This document shows, piece by piece, positions 54,765-64,000 of a stretch of 64,000 nucleotides of DNA. Each line of letters starts with the position of its first letter. The first letter of the stretch is position 1. Source of the DNA: an uncultured Thiotrichaceae bacterium (lineage in GTDB: Bacteria; Pseudomonadota; Gammaproteobacteria; SZUA-229); NCBI GenBank assembly GCA_964441285.1, contig CAYTUK010000001.1:156939-220938 (forward strand), in the 5' to 3' direction. Both the position numbers and the translations under genes were made by a program. Under the pieces are notes generated by a model. That model did no database searches. It saw nothing but the letters and a program-made list of their open reading frames with translations, and was not told the origin of the DNA.

Positions 54765-56003
54765 TTAATGAACGACTGAACCCATTTTAAATATAGGCAG
54801 GTACATAGCAATAACCAGCCCACCAATAACCACGGCGAGGAATGCCATAATCATGGGTTCCATTAATGCTGTTAAATTATCAACTGCATCATCCACGGCT
54901 TCTTCGTAGTATTCAGCCACTTTGTCCAGCATGTCATCGAGGGCACCGGATTCTTCACCAATACCAACCATCTGTATCAGCATATTTGGGAACAGATCTT
55001 TATTTTGTGACAGGCTGACTTGAAGTGTGGTACCGGATGCAATGTCGTCACGTACCTGCATAATCGCTCGATAGTAGATGATATTACCGGATGCGCCGGC
55101 GACGGATACCATGGCTTCAACCAGTGGCACGCCAGCAGCAAACATGGTTGCTAAGGTTCTGGAAAAGCGTGCAAGAATTGCATTGGTGGCCAGTTGGCCA
55201 ACGGCAGGGAGTTTTAGTGTTAGCCGATCTAAAAATTCACGAAAACCCTTGGAGCGGATTTTTGCCTGCTTGAAGGCATAAATTACTGCGATTATTGCGC
55301 CAATAAAAAACCAGACGTTATTCACCAGACCGTTGGACAAACCAACAACAAACTGAGTAAAAGCAGGGAGTTCAGCACCAAAACTGGCAAACATTTTTGC
55401 AAAAGTCGGCACTACAAAAATTAACAGAATCGCCGATACCACCACAGCAACCACTAAAACAGTGATCGGATAGGTCATGGCTTTTTTGATTTTTGTTCTT
55501 AAAGCTTCTGATTTCTCTTTATAAGTAGCAACCTTTTCCAGCAATGTTTCCAGCGCGCCGGATTGTTCGCCGGCATCGACCAGATTGACAAATAAATCAT
55601 CAAATTGCGCTGGATGCTCAGCTAATGCGCTGGCAAGTGTGCCACCGGCCTCAACGGTCGCTTTAACCTGATAAATGAGTTTTGACATGGAAGGGTTTGA
55701 GTGACCCTGTGCAACAATGTCAAACGACTGTACCATTGGCACACCCGCTTTCATCATGGTTGCTAGCTGGCGGCTGAAAATGGCGATGTCTTTGGTGGTG
55801 ATGGATTTTTGTCTGGGTGAAAATAAGCCTGCGCTTTTTTTCTTTATTTTACCTTTACGGGGAATCAGTCCCTGTTTACGTAAATCGGCCTTAACCAGAT
55901 CGATACTTGCTGCAACAGTTTCGCCCTTTATGGCCTGGCCTTTCTTATTGGTGGCTTCCCATGAATAGGTTGCTGTTTTTATTTTTACTTTTGCTTTTGC
56001 CAT
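54765..56003 (-). CDS. pilC: type IV pilus inner-membrane platform protein (GspF family)
   Basis: 412 aa; duplicated T2SSF domains. Confidence 0.9.
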   Translation of the reverse strand: MAKAKVKIKTATYSWEATNKKGQAIKGETVAASIDLVKADLRKQGLIPRKGKIKKKSAGLFSPRQKSITTKDIAIFSRQLATMMKAGVPMVQSFDIVAQGHSNPSMSKLIYQVKATVEAGGTLASALAEHPAQFDDLFVNLVDAGEQSGALETLLEKVATYKEKSEALRTKIKKAMTYPITVLVVAVVVSAILLIFVVPTFAKMFASFGAELPAFTQFVVGLSNGLVNNVWFFIGAIIAVIYAFKQAKIRSKGFREFLDRLTLKLPAVGQLATNAILARFSRTLATMFAAGVPLVEAMVSVAGASGNIIYYRAIMQVRDDIASGTTLQVSLSQNKDLFPNMLIQMVGIGEESGALDDMLDKVAEYYEEAVDDAVDNLTALMEPMIMAFLAVVIGGLVIAMYLPIFKMGSVVH

Positions 56004-56048
56004 AAGGTTCTTCCGATAAATAAATATGTAGCGATCTGGTTGGCTGAG

Positions 56049-57761
56049 CTAATCTTTAGTGACACGATTAATTTCTTCCAGGCTGGTTAAGCCGGCAACC
56101 ACTTTTTTAATTGCCGATTGCCTTAGATTGTCTATGCCTTCTTTAACCGCCTGATCAGCGACATCAATTGCAGTGCCATTATCCATAATAATCCGTCCCA
56201 TTGTGTCTGAAATAGGCAATACCTGATAAATGCCAACACGACCTTTATAACCATCACTACACTGGTCACAGCCTGTAGCCGTATACAGCTGGGGCTTGGC
56301 TTTTATTTGCGCTGCGGTAAAGCCTTCTTTTTCGAGGGCGGCATGAGGGATGTCGATTTTTTCCTTGCATTTGTTACATAATCGTCGGGCCAGGCGTTGG
56401 GCAATAATCAGATTGACGGCTGAGGCAATGTTAAACGGTGATACCCCCATATTAACCAGCCGTGCAAGAGTTTGCGGGGCATCGTTAGTATGTAAGGTAG
56501 ACATGACCATATGTCCGGTTTGTGCCGCCTTAATCGCAATTTCTGCCGTTTGCAGATCACGAATCTCACCCACCATAATAATATCTGGATCCTGGCGTAA
56601 AAAAGCCCGTAATGCGGCTTCAAAAGTTAAACCCACTTTATCGTTAACATTCACCTGATTAATGCCTTCCAGGTTAATTTCCACCGGGTCTTCTGCGGTG
56701 GAAATATTGGTATCGGGGGTGTTGAGTATATTTAAACCGGTATACAGTGACACGGTTTTACCACTACCTGTCGGGCCAGTAACCAGTATCATCCCGAAAG
56801 GATTATTCAGTGCATTCATATAGCGTTCTTTCTGTTCCGGTTCATAACCGAGTGCATCAATCCCTATACTGGCACTGGATGGGTCGAGAATACGTAACAC
56901 AATCTTTTCACCAAACAGTGTCGGACAGGTATTAACACGAAAATCAATGGCCTTTGATTTCGAAATTTTGAGTTTGATGCGACCGTCCTGTGGTACACGT
57001 TTCTCTGCGGTATCCATGCGTGACATTACCTTTAAACGTGCCGCCAGTTTGGGGCTCATAGCAACAGGTGGTGAGGCTACTACCCGTAATACGCCATCAA
57101 TACGTAGCCGGACTCGATAGGCTTTTTCATAGGGTTCAAAGTGAATATCGGAAGCGCCTTTTTTGATTGCATCGAGCAGAATTTTATTGATAAAACGCAC
57201 CACTGGGGTGTCATCAATGTCGGATGTATCGTCTTCTTTTGCTTCAGCATCGGGGTCGGTAAAATCCAGATCGTCCAGATCTTCTAAATCATCCCCCATC
57301 ATGCTGTCCATGGCCTCTTCCTGTTCCTGGAGAAGCTTTTCAACCAGTGCAGAGAGCTTGTCTTCTTCAATCAGAACTGCTTCGGTATTCATCCCTGTCT
57401 GGAATTTGATGTCATCAATGGCATCCAGATTAGTTGGGTCAGAGATGCCGATATACAGCCGGCTACCCCGTTTATACAAAGGGAAAGCATGGTGTTTTTT
57501 TATCAGTTTGTCATCAACTAGATTATGCGGAATGGTTTCCATATCCAGTGCGTTAATATCAAACATGGGCAGGCCAAATTCTGTTGAGACCTTCATCGCA
57601 ATATTGCTTGCCGATAGAATGTTATTACTTACCAGATAGCGGGTGAAGGAAATTTTCTCTTCATGCGCGCCTTTGATCGCATCGATGGCTATATTCTCTT
57701 TCAGCAGACCATCATTAACCAGTTTTCCCGGCAGCCCTTTTAGTTTGATCTGTGTCGCCAT
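56049..57761 (-). CDS. pilB: type IV pilus assembly ATPase (GspE family)
   Basis: 570 aa; Walker A GPTGSGKT; tetra-Cys CNKC...CDQC; N-terminal GSPII domains. Confidence 0.9.
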   Translation of the reverse strand: MATQIKLKGLPGKLVNDGLLKENIAIDAIKGAHEEKISFTRYLVSNNILSASNIAMKVSTEFGLPMFDINALDMETIPHNLVDDKLIKKHHAFPLYKRGSRLYIGISDPTNLDAIDDIKFQTGMNTEAVLIEEDKLSALVEKLLQEQEEAMDSMMGDDLEDLDDLDFTDPDAEAKEDDTSDIDDTPVVRFINKILLDAIKKGASDIHFEPYEKAYRVRLRIDGVLRVVASPPVAMSPKLAARLKVMSRMDTAEKRVPQDGRIKLKISKSKAIDFRVNTCPTLFGEKIVLRILDPSSASIGIDALGYEPEQKERYMNALNNPFGMILVTGPTGSGKTVSLYTGLNILNTPDTNISTAEDPVEINLEGINQVNVNDKVGLTFEAALRAFLRQDPDIIMVGEIRDLQTAEIAIKAAQTGHMVMSTLHTNDAPQTLARLVNMGVSPFNIASAVNLIIAQRLARRLCNKCKEKIDIPHAALEKEGFTAAQIKAKPQLYTATGCDQCSDGYKGRVGIYQVLPISDTMGRIIMDNGTAIDVADQAVKEGIDNLRQSAIKKVVAGLTSLEEINRVTKD

Positions 57762-58402
57762 TGTTTAACCTTAATTAACCCCATTGCAAATAATGCGGTA
57801 GACTATTTGACTGTAGTTTTGTATTTATTCGATGTGTCTCTGGATAATCCCTGCACCTCACGGTTTCCGTGGTAACCATACCGCTGTTTAAGTGGTCAGT
57901 TTTGTATGCATTGCCATGCAGGAGCATGGGGTCGAGATATTCGATTATCTCCTAGATAATAGCCTAATTTTTTATGAATGCCTATACTGAGCTAAGTATG
58001 GATTAGGATGAAGCCAATGTTATGCTATTCAGAAAAAAAGATGAGCCCCACAGTATTTAAAGAAAAAAGGCATCAATCATTTCTACTGGCCTGAAATTGA
58101 TGTAGATTTAACTATGGCAGTTACAGCAGAAATATTTACAGTCTCTGTCTGCACGCTGTGTGGTGAGACCTGTTCAGAACTTGCCAGTAGTTATCTGTTC
58201 ACTGTGTATTGTTATGTCATCAAGTACGGTGTCTGTTACTAACGGTCGTATGCGCCCCCACGCAGGAGCGTGGGACGAAAAACGATTAACTTACTGACAT
58301 TGGCTCTGCCCTCAGTTTTGTATTAGAGATTATTGTGATCTGTCCCCCGTTTTCTTTGCGGATGCGGTGAGTTTACGAACCCCATTCTATACGCTAACAA
58401 GA

Positions 58403-58441
58403 CTGTCTCCTGTCCTGCATAATTGTCACATAGTGACAATT
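58403..58441. promoter_or_regulatory. candidate upstream activator site for pilA: tandem CTGTC motifs plus a perfect 21-bp palindrome AATTGTCACATAGTGACAATT
   Basis: CTGTC at 58403 and 58410; palindrome at 58421-58441, centred ~90 bp upstream of the sigma54 -24 element. The location and TGTC content resemble PilR-type enhancer sites. Confidence 0.4.
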
Positions 58442-58527
58442 ATAGACCCATAGCGATCGCTTAAGCACCCCTTATAAAATAGTGTATCTAACTGATATAG
58501 AAAGATAAATATATTATTTTATAAAAT

Positions 58528-58543
58528 TGGCACAATGCCTGCA
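58528..58543 (+). promoter_or_regulatory. sigma54 (RpoN) -24/-12 promoter TGGCAC-N5-CTGCA
   Basis: TGGCACAATGCCTGCA with GG-N10-GC spacing, ~75 bp upstream of the pilA ATG. Confidence 0.65.
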
Positions 58544-58618
58544 TTATGAAAGACAGTCTGCAAACAGGACGCAAATACAAAAAAATAAAACTTATTTATT
58601 ATCTCTCGGAGAGACTGT

Positions 58619-59092
58619 ATGAAAAAAATATCCGCCAACACCCAACAACAGGGTTTTACCCTAATCGAATTAATGATCGTGATTGCCATTATCGGCATTC
58701 TGGCATCAATCGCCTTACCGGCTTATCAAACCTATACCAAAAAAGCCAAGTTCTCAGAAGTCGTGCTGGCAACAAGCCCAGTTAAAACTGCAATGGAATT
58801 ATGTATTCAGGAATCCTCCTCTGCTACCCCTATTACAGACTGTGCTGATGGCGGTACAAGCAATGCAGGTAAAGTTGTGAAGGCTTCTATACCTACTGCT
58901 TTTGCCGGTCAACTTGCAGGTATGACCCTTGCTGCTACAGGTAAAAGTCCAGGTATGATTACCGCAACGGCGGTTGCTGCATTGAACGTAAATAGTAAAA
59001 CTCAAACTTATACTTTAACCCCAACAGCAGCTAATGGGACTGTTACCTGGGCAACTGGCGGTACCTGCTTAGTTGGTGGCTTGTGTAATTAG
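58619..59092 (+). CDS. pilA: type IVa major pilin
   Basis: 157 aa; class III signal peptide with cleavage/methylation site [18 protein letters not shown]; C-terminal disulfide loop CLVGGLC. Confidence 0.9.
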   Translation: MKKISANTQQQGFTLIELMIVIAIIGILASIALPAYQTYTKKAKFSEVVLATSPVKTAMELCIQESSSATPITDCADGGTSNAGKVVKASIPTAFAGQLAGMTLAATGKSPGMITATAVAALNVNSKTQTYTLTPTAANGTVTWATGGTCLVGGLCN

Positions 59093-59126
59093 AGCTAAAT
59101 TAACAGTAGCTTCAATAAAAAGAAAT

Positions 59127-59160
59127 AAAGCCTCGCTAAAAAGCGGGGCTTTATTTCTTC
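59127..59160 (+). terminator. intrinsic terminator after pilA
   Basis: AAAGCCTCGC-TAAAAA-GCGGGGCTTT hairpin followed by ATTTCTTCT. Confidence 0.6.
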
Positions 59161-59188
59161 TCGTTTGTATAATTAAACCTGATCCCAG

Positions 59189-59648
59189 TGTAATCCCCCC
59201 ATTTATAAGCGAAGTTAAAAGTAGGGGTTATGTCGCCTCCAGCAATCGTCTGGGTGGTATCCCACCAATAGCGGTATGCGGACGTTCATTATGGTCAGTC
59301 CAAAGCTATTTCGTGGCTAGTTGTTGTGCGTGTTTAATATTTTTAAACAGATACAGATCTAACCATTCATGTCTTGCCGTTCGGTTAAATCGTTCGATAT
59401 AAGCATTTTGTGTTGGCTTGCCTGGTTGGATATAAAGCAAGGTTATTTGATGCTTATTTGTCCAGTCGATGCGCTTTTGGCTGATAGACTCCGGTTCATT
59501 GTCACATCGTATTGCATCAGACTTATTACGCTTGATTCGTCGTCGAGGCTTGTTATCGGTATAGCGTGATTTTTTCATAGAAAACTCTGCAGTTTAGTTT
59601 ACGGGTGTTTTCTACTTTTGACTCCTGTTATTTTTCGGGGGGATTACA
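59189..59648 (-). mobile_element. internally deleted IS3-family insertion sequence remnant with 12-bp terminal inverted repeats TGTAATCCCCCC
   Basis: Perfect inverted repeats at 59189-59200 and 59637-59648 (TG...CA termini); enclosed fragment encodes only the C-terminal part of an IS3 OrfB (DDE integrase core). Confidence 0.65.
59215..59578 (-). pseudogene. IS3-family transposase OrfB C-terminal fragment (truncated, in-frame stop)
   Basis: AIRCDNEPESISQKRIDW...IQPGKPTQNAYIERFNRTARHEWL matches the IS3 OrfB catalytic region; continues after a TAG as LWTDHNERPHTAIGGIPP; N-terminal two-thirds and orfA are missing. Confidence 0.7.
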
Positions 59649-59722
59649 AAAGGTGATATAAATTAAATCGCATGGATTACGTGCAAAACCTCATACTAGG
59701 TGTGCATTTACGAATTGATGCA

Positions 59723-60988
59723 TTAATCCCAACTTAGTGCGCCGCCGGTCTGGTATTCAGTGACTCGGGTTTCAAAAAAGTTTTTTTCTTTTTTGAGGTC
59801 AAGGACTTCAGACATCCACGGGAATGGGTTATTTACACCGCTATATTGTTCCGGCAAACCGATTTGTGAGCAGCGTCGGTTAGCAATAAACTGTAAATAT
59901 TCTTCGAACATGGGGGCGTTTAAACCGAGTATGCCACGGGGCATGGTATCGCGTGCATATTGGGTTTCAATCTCAACTGCATCACGAATTAATGCAATCA
60001 TTTGCTGTTGGAATCCATTGCTCCATAAGTGCGGGTTTTCAATTTTAATCTGGTTGATTACGTCGATACCAAAATTCATGTGCATGGATTCGTCACGCAG
60101 AATATACTGAAACTGTTCGGCAACGCCAGTCATCTTATTACGCCGTCCCATCGACAGGATCTGGGTGAAGCCAACATAGAAAAAGATGCCTTCAAAAACC
60201 ACATAGAAAGCAATGAGTTCACGCAGCAGTGTCTGGTCATTTTCGGGGGTACCGGTGTGGAAGTTTGGGTCGGCCAGGTGCTGGGTGAAGGGCAGTGCCC
60301 ATTCCGCTTTACGGGCAACAGCAGGCAGTTCACGATACATGTTGAAAATTTCACCTTCGTCCAGCCCCAGTGATTCAACACAGTATTGATAGGCATGCGT
60401 ATGGACAGCTTCTTCAAATGACTGACGCAATAAATACTGGCGGCACTCTGGGTTGGTAATGTGTTTGTACACAGCCAGCACCAGATTGTTGGCGACCAGT
60501 GAGTCGGCACTGGCAAAAAAACCAAGATTGCGCTTGATGACAGTACGTTCGTCTTCCGTTAAACCATTTGGGTCGCGCCAAAGCGCGAGGTCGGCGGTCA
60601 TATTGATTTCCTGTGGCATCCAGTGGTTGGCGCAGCCATCGAGATATTTCTGCCAGGCCCAGTCGTATTTAAATGGCACTAGCTGGTTGAGGTCGGCGCG
60701 GCAGTTGATGATTTTTTTATCATCGACCTGAATGCGTGAGGCGCCCATTTCAATGCCTTCGAGTCCGGTACCACTGAGATCAGCCGCGTCTTCAATGCAG
60801 CTGTTGTCAGTAGACGCAGGAGACCTGATTGTAGGTGATGGGGCAACGCAGGGAGCAGCGCCAGCAGTTTCCATCAAACGGTCATTGTTTACCATGCCAT
60901 CACCGGCATGGGGCGGTGGTGTCCGGTTGTTTTTGTTGCTATTTGACGGATCAAATTGTGCAAAGGGATCATCCCAGTTATTCAGCAT
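59723..60988 (-). CDS. nrdB: class Ia ribonucleoside-diphosphate reductase beta subunit
   Basis: 421 aa; ferritin-like di-iron radical protein ([16 protein letters not shown]); ~70-aa low-complexity N-terminal extension as in Pseudomonas NrdB. Confidence 0.9.
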   Translation of the reverse strand: MLNNWDDPFAQFDPSNSNKNNRTPPPHAGDGMVNNDRLMETAGAAPCVAPSPTIRSPASTDNSCIEDAADLSGTGLEGIEMGASRIQVDDKKIINCRADLNQLVPFKYDWAWQKYLDGCANHWMPQEINMTADLALWRDPNGLTEDERTVIKRNLGFFASADSLVANNLVLAVYKHITNPECRQYLLRQSFEEAVHTHAYQYCVESLGLDEGEIFNMYRELPAVARKAEWALPFTQHLADPNFHTGTPENDQTLLRELIAFYVVFEGIFFYVGFTQILSMGRRNKMTGVAEQFQYILRDESMHMNFGIDVINQIKIENPHLWSNGFQQQMIALIRDAVEIETQYARDTMPRGILGLNAPMFEEYLQFIANRRCSQIGLPEQYSGVNNPFPWMSEVLDLKKEKNFFETRVTEYQTGGALSWD

Positions 60989-61051
60989 TTCTAGCTACCT
61001 CAGTGACCAGTTTTGTGGTGCTGGTCATTATTATTGTTATAGGGTTTGATG

Positions 61052-63988
61052 TTACTGGCAGGCATCGCAATCTGGATCCAGTATGGAACAGGCCTTTGGA
61101 GCCTGTGACCCCGATGCTTCTATGGTTTGCGCGCCGGTGTTTTGGACGGCATTTAACGCATTGCTACGGGTTGAATCCATCGTGGATTTTTCGACGTGGG
61201 TGGCACCCATGGAACGCAGGTAATAGGTGGTTTTTAATCCGCGTACCCAGGCCAGTTTATACAGTGCATCCAGTTTTTGGCCGTTCGGTTCGGACATATA
61301 CAGATTCAATGACTGGCCCTGGTCAATCCATTTCTGGCGGCGTGAAGCGGCTTCAACCAGCCAGCGGGCATCAAGTTCAAAGGCTGTCTGGTAAAGCAAT
61401 TTTAAATCGTCAGGTACGCGGTCAATGTGTTGTACGCTGCCATCATAATATTTGAGATCGTTGGTCATAACTTCATCCCATAGACCTCGTTTACGTAAAT
61501 CATCGACCAGGAAAGGGTTGACAACGGTAAATTCACCCGACAGGTTCGATTTTACAAACAAGTTCTGATACGTCGGTTCAATTGACTGACTGACACCACA
61601 GATATTTGAAATTGTGGCTGTTGGGGCAATGGCCATAGTATTGGAATTGCGCATACCAACTTTTTGTACGCGAGCGCGCAGCGAATCCCAGTCGAAGGTA
61701 TAACTACGGTCGACATCAAGATAATTACCTCGGCCTTCTGCAAGGTAATCGATAGAGTCAATGGGAAGAATGCCTTTGCTCCAGAGTGAGCCTTCAAAGG
61801 TGGAGTAGCGCCCACGCTCTTCAGCCAGGTTGGTTGATGCTCTGATTGCGTAATAGCTAATCGCTTCCATGGTGCGGTCGGCAAATTCGACCGCCTCATT
61901 GGAGGCATAGGTCATCCGTTGTTGATACAGCGCATCTTGAAAGCCCATGACACCCAGACCAACAGGGCGGTGGCGCAGGTTGGAATCGCGTGCTTGCGGT
62001 ACGCTATAGAAATTGTAATCAATCACATTATCCAGCATGCGCATGGCGGTATTGATGGTTTTCTCCAGTTTATCTGTGTCCAGTCCGGTGTCATTAATGT
62101 GTGCGGGCAAGTTTACCGAGCCCAGATTACACACCGCAATTTCATCATCACTGGTGTGTAACATGATTTCCGTACATAGGTTTGAACTGTGTACCACACC
62201 GGCATGTTGATTGCTGTAGCGTAGATTGCAGGGGTCTTTGAAGGTAATCCAGGGATGGCCGGTTTCAAATAACATGCTTAACATTTTGCGCCATAAAGTG
62301 CCTGCCTTAATGGTTTTGTAGATGCGGACATTCCCTTTTTCGGCTTTGGCTTCGTAAGCAAGATAGGCTTTTTCAAATTTCTTACCATATAACTCGTGCA
62401 GGTCGGGGGTTTCATTTGGAGTGAACAGCGTCCAGTCTTTGTCTTCGGCAACACGTTGCATAAACAGGTCGGGAATCCAGTTTGCGGTATTCATGTCGTG
62501 AGTACGGCGACGGTCATCCCCGGTATTTTTACGCAGGTCAAGAAATTCTTCGATGTCGATGTGCCAGGTTTCAAGGTAAGCGCACATTGCGCCTTTACGT
62601 TTGCCGCCCTGATTCACCGCAACAGCGGTATCGTTAGCTACTTTCAGGAAAGGCACCACACCCTGCGATTTACCATTAGTTCCCTTGATGTGAGCGCCCA
62701 TACCACGCACACGGGTCCAGTCATTGCCCAGACCGCCGGCATATTTGGATAACAGTGCATCATCTTTTATCGAGCTAAAAATGCCGTCCAGATCATCAGG
62801 GATGGTGGTCAGGTAACAGCTGGAGAGTTGTGGGCGTAAGGTGCCAGAGTTAAACAACGTTGGCGTTGAGCTCATGAAATCGAATGAGGAGAGCAGTTTG
62901 TAAAATTCAATGGCGCTGTCTTCACGGTTGATTTCATTCAGTGCCAGGCCCATAGCAACGCGCATGAAAAATGCCTGTGGCAACTCAAAACGGGTATCTT
63001 CGTAATGAATAAAGTAACGGTCATACAGCGTTTGTAAACCCAGGTAGGTGAATTGATGATCGCGAGAGGCATCCAGCTGTTTGCCCAGGTGTTCAAGGTC
63101 GAATTCCTGTAGACGGGGGTCGAGCAGTTCCAGATCAACAGCACGGTTAATATAGCGTGTAAAGTAACGGCCATACTGAGCGCGCATTTCAGTTTGAGTG
63201 GCATTGCTGGGCACGTTGTAGATAAAACTTAACGCTTCGGTACGCAGGTCATCAAGCAATAGCCGAGCAGCGGCATAACTGTAATCCGGCTGTTTCTCGA
63301 TTAAGGTGCGTGCGCTCATTACCAGCATGCGTGCTACATCCTTTTGTGGAACGCCTTCGAACAGGTTACGTTGTGTGTCGTCGAGAATGGCGGCTGTGTT
63401 TATATCTTTTAGATCCTCACAGGCTTCGGCGACAATAGCGTGTAAACGGTTTACGTTTAGAGGTTGCGTGCTGCCATCATCGAGAGTGACATTAATCGTG
63501 TTTTCAATGCGTTCTGGCCTGGCTGTTTGTTGTTCAGCCTGTGCGCTGGCGCGGGCACGCGCATGCTCGTCGCGGTAGATAACATAAGCGCGTGAGATTT
63601 GTTGATGACCACTACGCATTAACGCGAGTTCGACCTGATCCTGTACGTCTTCAATGTGGAAAGTACCACCATCGGGAATGCGACGGGTGAGTGCATTACA
63701 CACATCTAGCGTTAACTGTTTAACCATTTCGTGGATACGGTTACTGGCTGCCGCATTCCCACCTTCAACGGCCAGAAAGGCTTTAGTCATTGCGATGGAA
63801 ATTTTTTCTTCATCAAAAGCGGTAACTTTGCCGTTCCGCCGAATAATGCGGTATTGACCGGGTGCAGTCGCTGCAAGACTGGTTGCATCCGCATCAGATA
63901 TCTGAGAGATTCCAGTTTGAGCATTCGCTGCCTGGGTGTCGGTTGAGAGTGATGCGGGGTCTGACTTATTTGGTGTATTTATTTGCAT
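61052..63988 (-). CDS. nrdA: class Ia ribonucleoside-diphosphate reductase alpha subunit
   Basis: 978 aa; ATP-cone region(s) at the N-terminus (KRNGKVTAFDEEKI); catalytic core with active-site Cys/Asn/Glu region (NLCTEI) and C-terminal Cys pair (CDAC). Confidence 0.9.
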   Translation of the reverse strand: MQINTPNKSDPASLSTDTQAANAQTGISQISDADATSLAATAPGQYRIIRRNGKVTAFDEEKISIAMTKAFLAVEGGNAAASNRIHEMVKQLTLDVCNALTRRIPDGGTFHIEDVQDQVELALMRSGHQQISRAYVIYRDEHARARASAQAEQQTARPERIENTINVTLDDGSTQPLNVNRLHAIVAEACEDLKDINTAAILDDTQRNLFEGVPQKDVARMLVMSARTLIEKQPDYSYAAARLLLDDLRTEALSFIYNVPSNATQTEMRAQYGRYFTRYINRAVDLELLDPRLQEFDLEHLGKQLDASRDHQFTYLGLQTLYDRYFIHYEDTRFELPQAFFMRVAMGLALNEINREDSAIEFYKLLSSFDFMSSTPTLFNSGTLRPQLSSCYLTTIPDDLDGIFSSIKDDALLSKYAGGLGNDWTRVRGMGAHIKGTNGKSQGVVPFLKVANDTAVAVNQGGKRKGAMCAYLETWHIDIEEFLDLRKNTGDDRRRTHDMNTANWIPDLFMQRVAEDKDWTLFTPNETPDLHELYGKKFEKAYLAYEAKAEKGNVRIYKTIKAGTLWRKMLSMLFETGHPWITFKDPCNLRYSNQHAGVVHSSNLCTEIMLHTSDDEIAVCNLGSVNLPAHINDTGLDTDKLEKTINTAMRMLDNVIDYNFYSVPQARDSNLRHRPVGLGVMGFQDALYQQRMTYASNEAVEFADRTMEAISYYAIRASTNLAEERGRYSTFEGSLWSKGILPIDSIDYLAEGRGNYLDVDRSYTFDWDSLRARVQKVGMRNSNTMAIAPTATISNICGVSQSIEPTYQNLFVKSNLSGEFTVVNPFLVDDLRKRGLWDEVMTNDLKYYDGSVQHIDRVPDDLKLLYQTAFELDARWLVEAASRRQKWIDQGQSLNLYMSEPNGQKLDALYKLAWVRGLKTTYYLRSMGATHVEKSTMDSTRSNALNAVQNTGAQTIEASGSQAPKACSILDPDCDACQ

Positions 63989-64000
63989 ATCCGTCCTACA

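Noticed and set aside
59093-59188. tRNA downstream of pilA (a common feature of pilA loci)
   Set aside because: No cloverleaf-compatible sequence found; the region contains only the pilA terminator hairpin.
59760-61455. Plus-strand ORFs of 92-206 aa opposite nrdB and the nrdB/nrdA junction
   Set aside because: Antisense to highly conserved nrdB and nrdA coding sequence; compositionally odd (Cys/Arg/Trp-rich) products.

Overview
This window is a gammaproteobacterial chromosomal segment at roughly 40-45% GC, judged by eye. Its core synteny resembles Pseudomonas: prmA-DUF3426-dusB-fis-purH, lpxC-DUF721-M23-secA-argJ-mutT, and pilA | pilBCD-coaE-zapD.

Layout of the window:
- 1-7.7 kb: an accessory type I (family IC-like) restriction-modification locus, hsdM-hsdS-[DUF559]-[rhuM]-hsdR, preceded by an AlpA/excisionase-like HTH gene. 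Two extra genes are nested between hsdS and hsdR. The first is a DUF559 (Vsr-like) endonuclease-domain gene bracketed by ~43-bp inverted repeats that rewrite the hsdS 3' end. The second is a RhuM-family gene translationally coupled to hsdR. hsdS also carries a 12-bp tandem repeat, (TELT)n, in its central spacer-determining region.
- 7.9-19.6 kb: a microaerobic respiration module. It holds ccoS-ccoI (minus strand), an FNR/Anr regulator, hemN, and ccoNOQP-orf-ccoGH, with a perfect FNR box (TTGAT-N4-ATCAA) in the hemN/ccoN divergent region.
- 19.7-25.9 kb: purH-fis-dusB-DUF3426-prmA (minus strand), a long imperfect hairpin, a weak hypothetical ORF, and RNase P RNA (rnpB, plus strand).
- 26.1-45.5 kb: a complete division and cell wall (dcw) cluster, mraZ-rsmH-ftsL-ftsI-murE-murF-mraY-murD-ftsW-murG-murC-murB-ddl-ftsQ-ftsA-ftsZ-lpxC, with a recognisable Pmra promoter and MraZ operator repeats.
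- 45.6-52.3 kb: DUF721 (DciA-like), M23 peptidase, secA, argJ and a MutT-TenI fusion.
- 52.3-59.1 kb: zapD-coaE-pilD-pilC-pilB (minus strand) and a divergent pilA with a sigma54 -24/-12 promoter and an upstream TGTC-rich palindromic enhancer-like site.
- 59.2-64 kb: an internally deleted IS3-family remnant with 12-bp terminal inverted repeats, then nrdB and nrdA (class Ia, minus strand).

The most noteworthy region is the R-M locus with its nested, inverted-repeat-bounded DUF559 cassette plus RhuM cargo. I found no CRISPR array, tRNA or rRNA.
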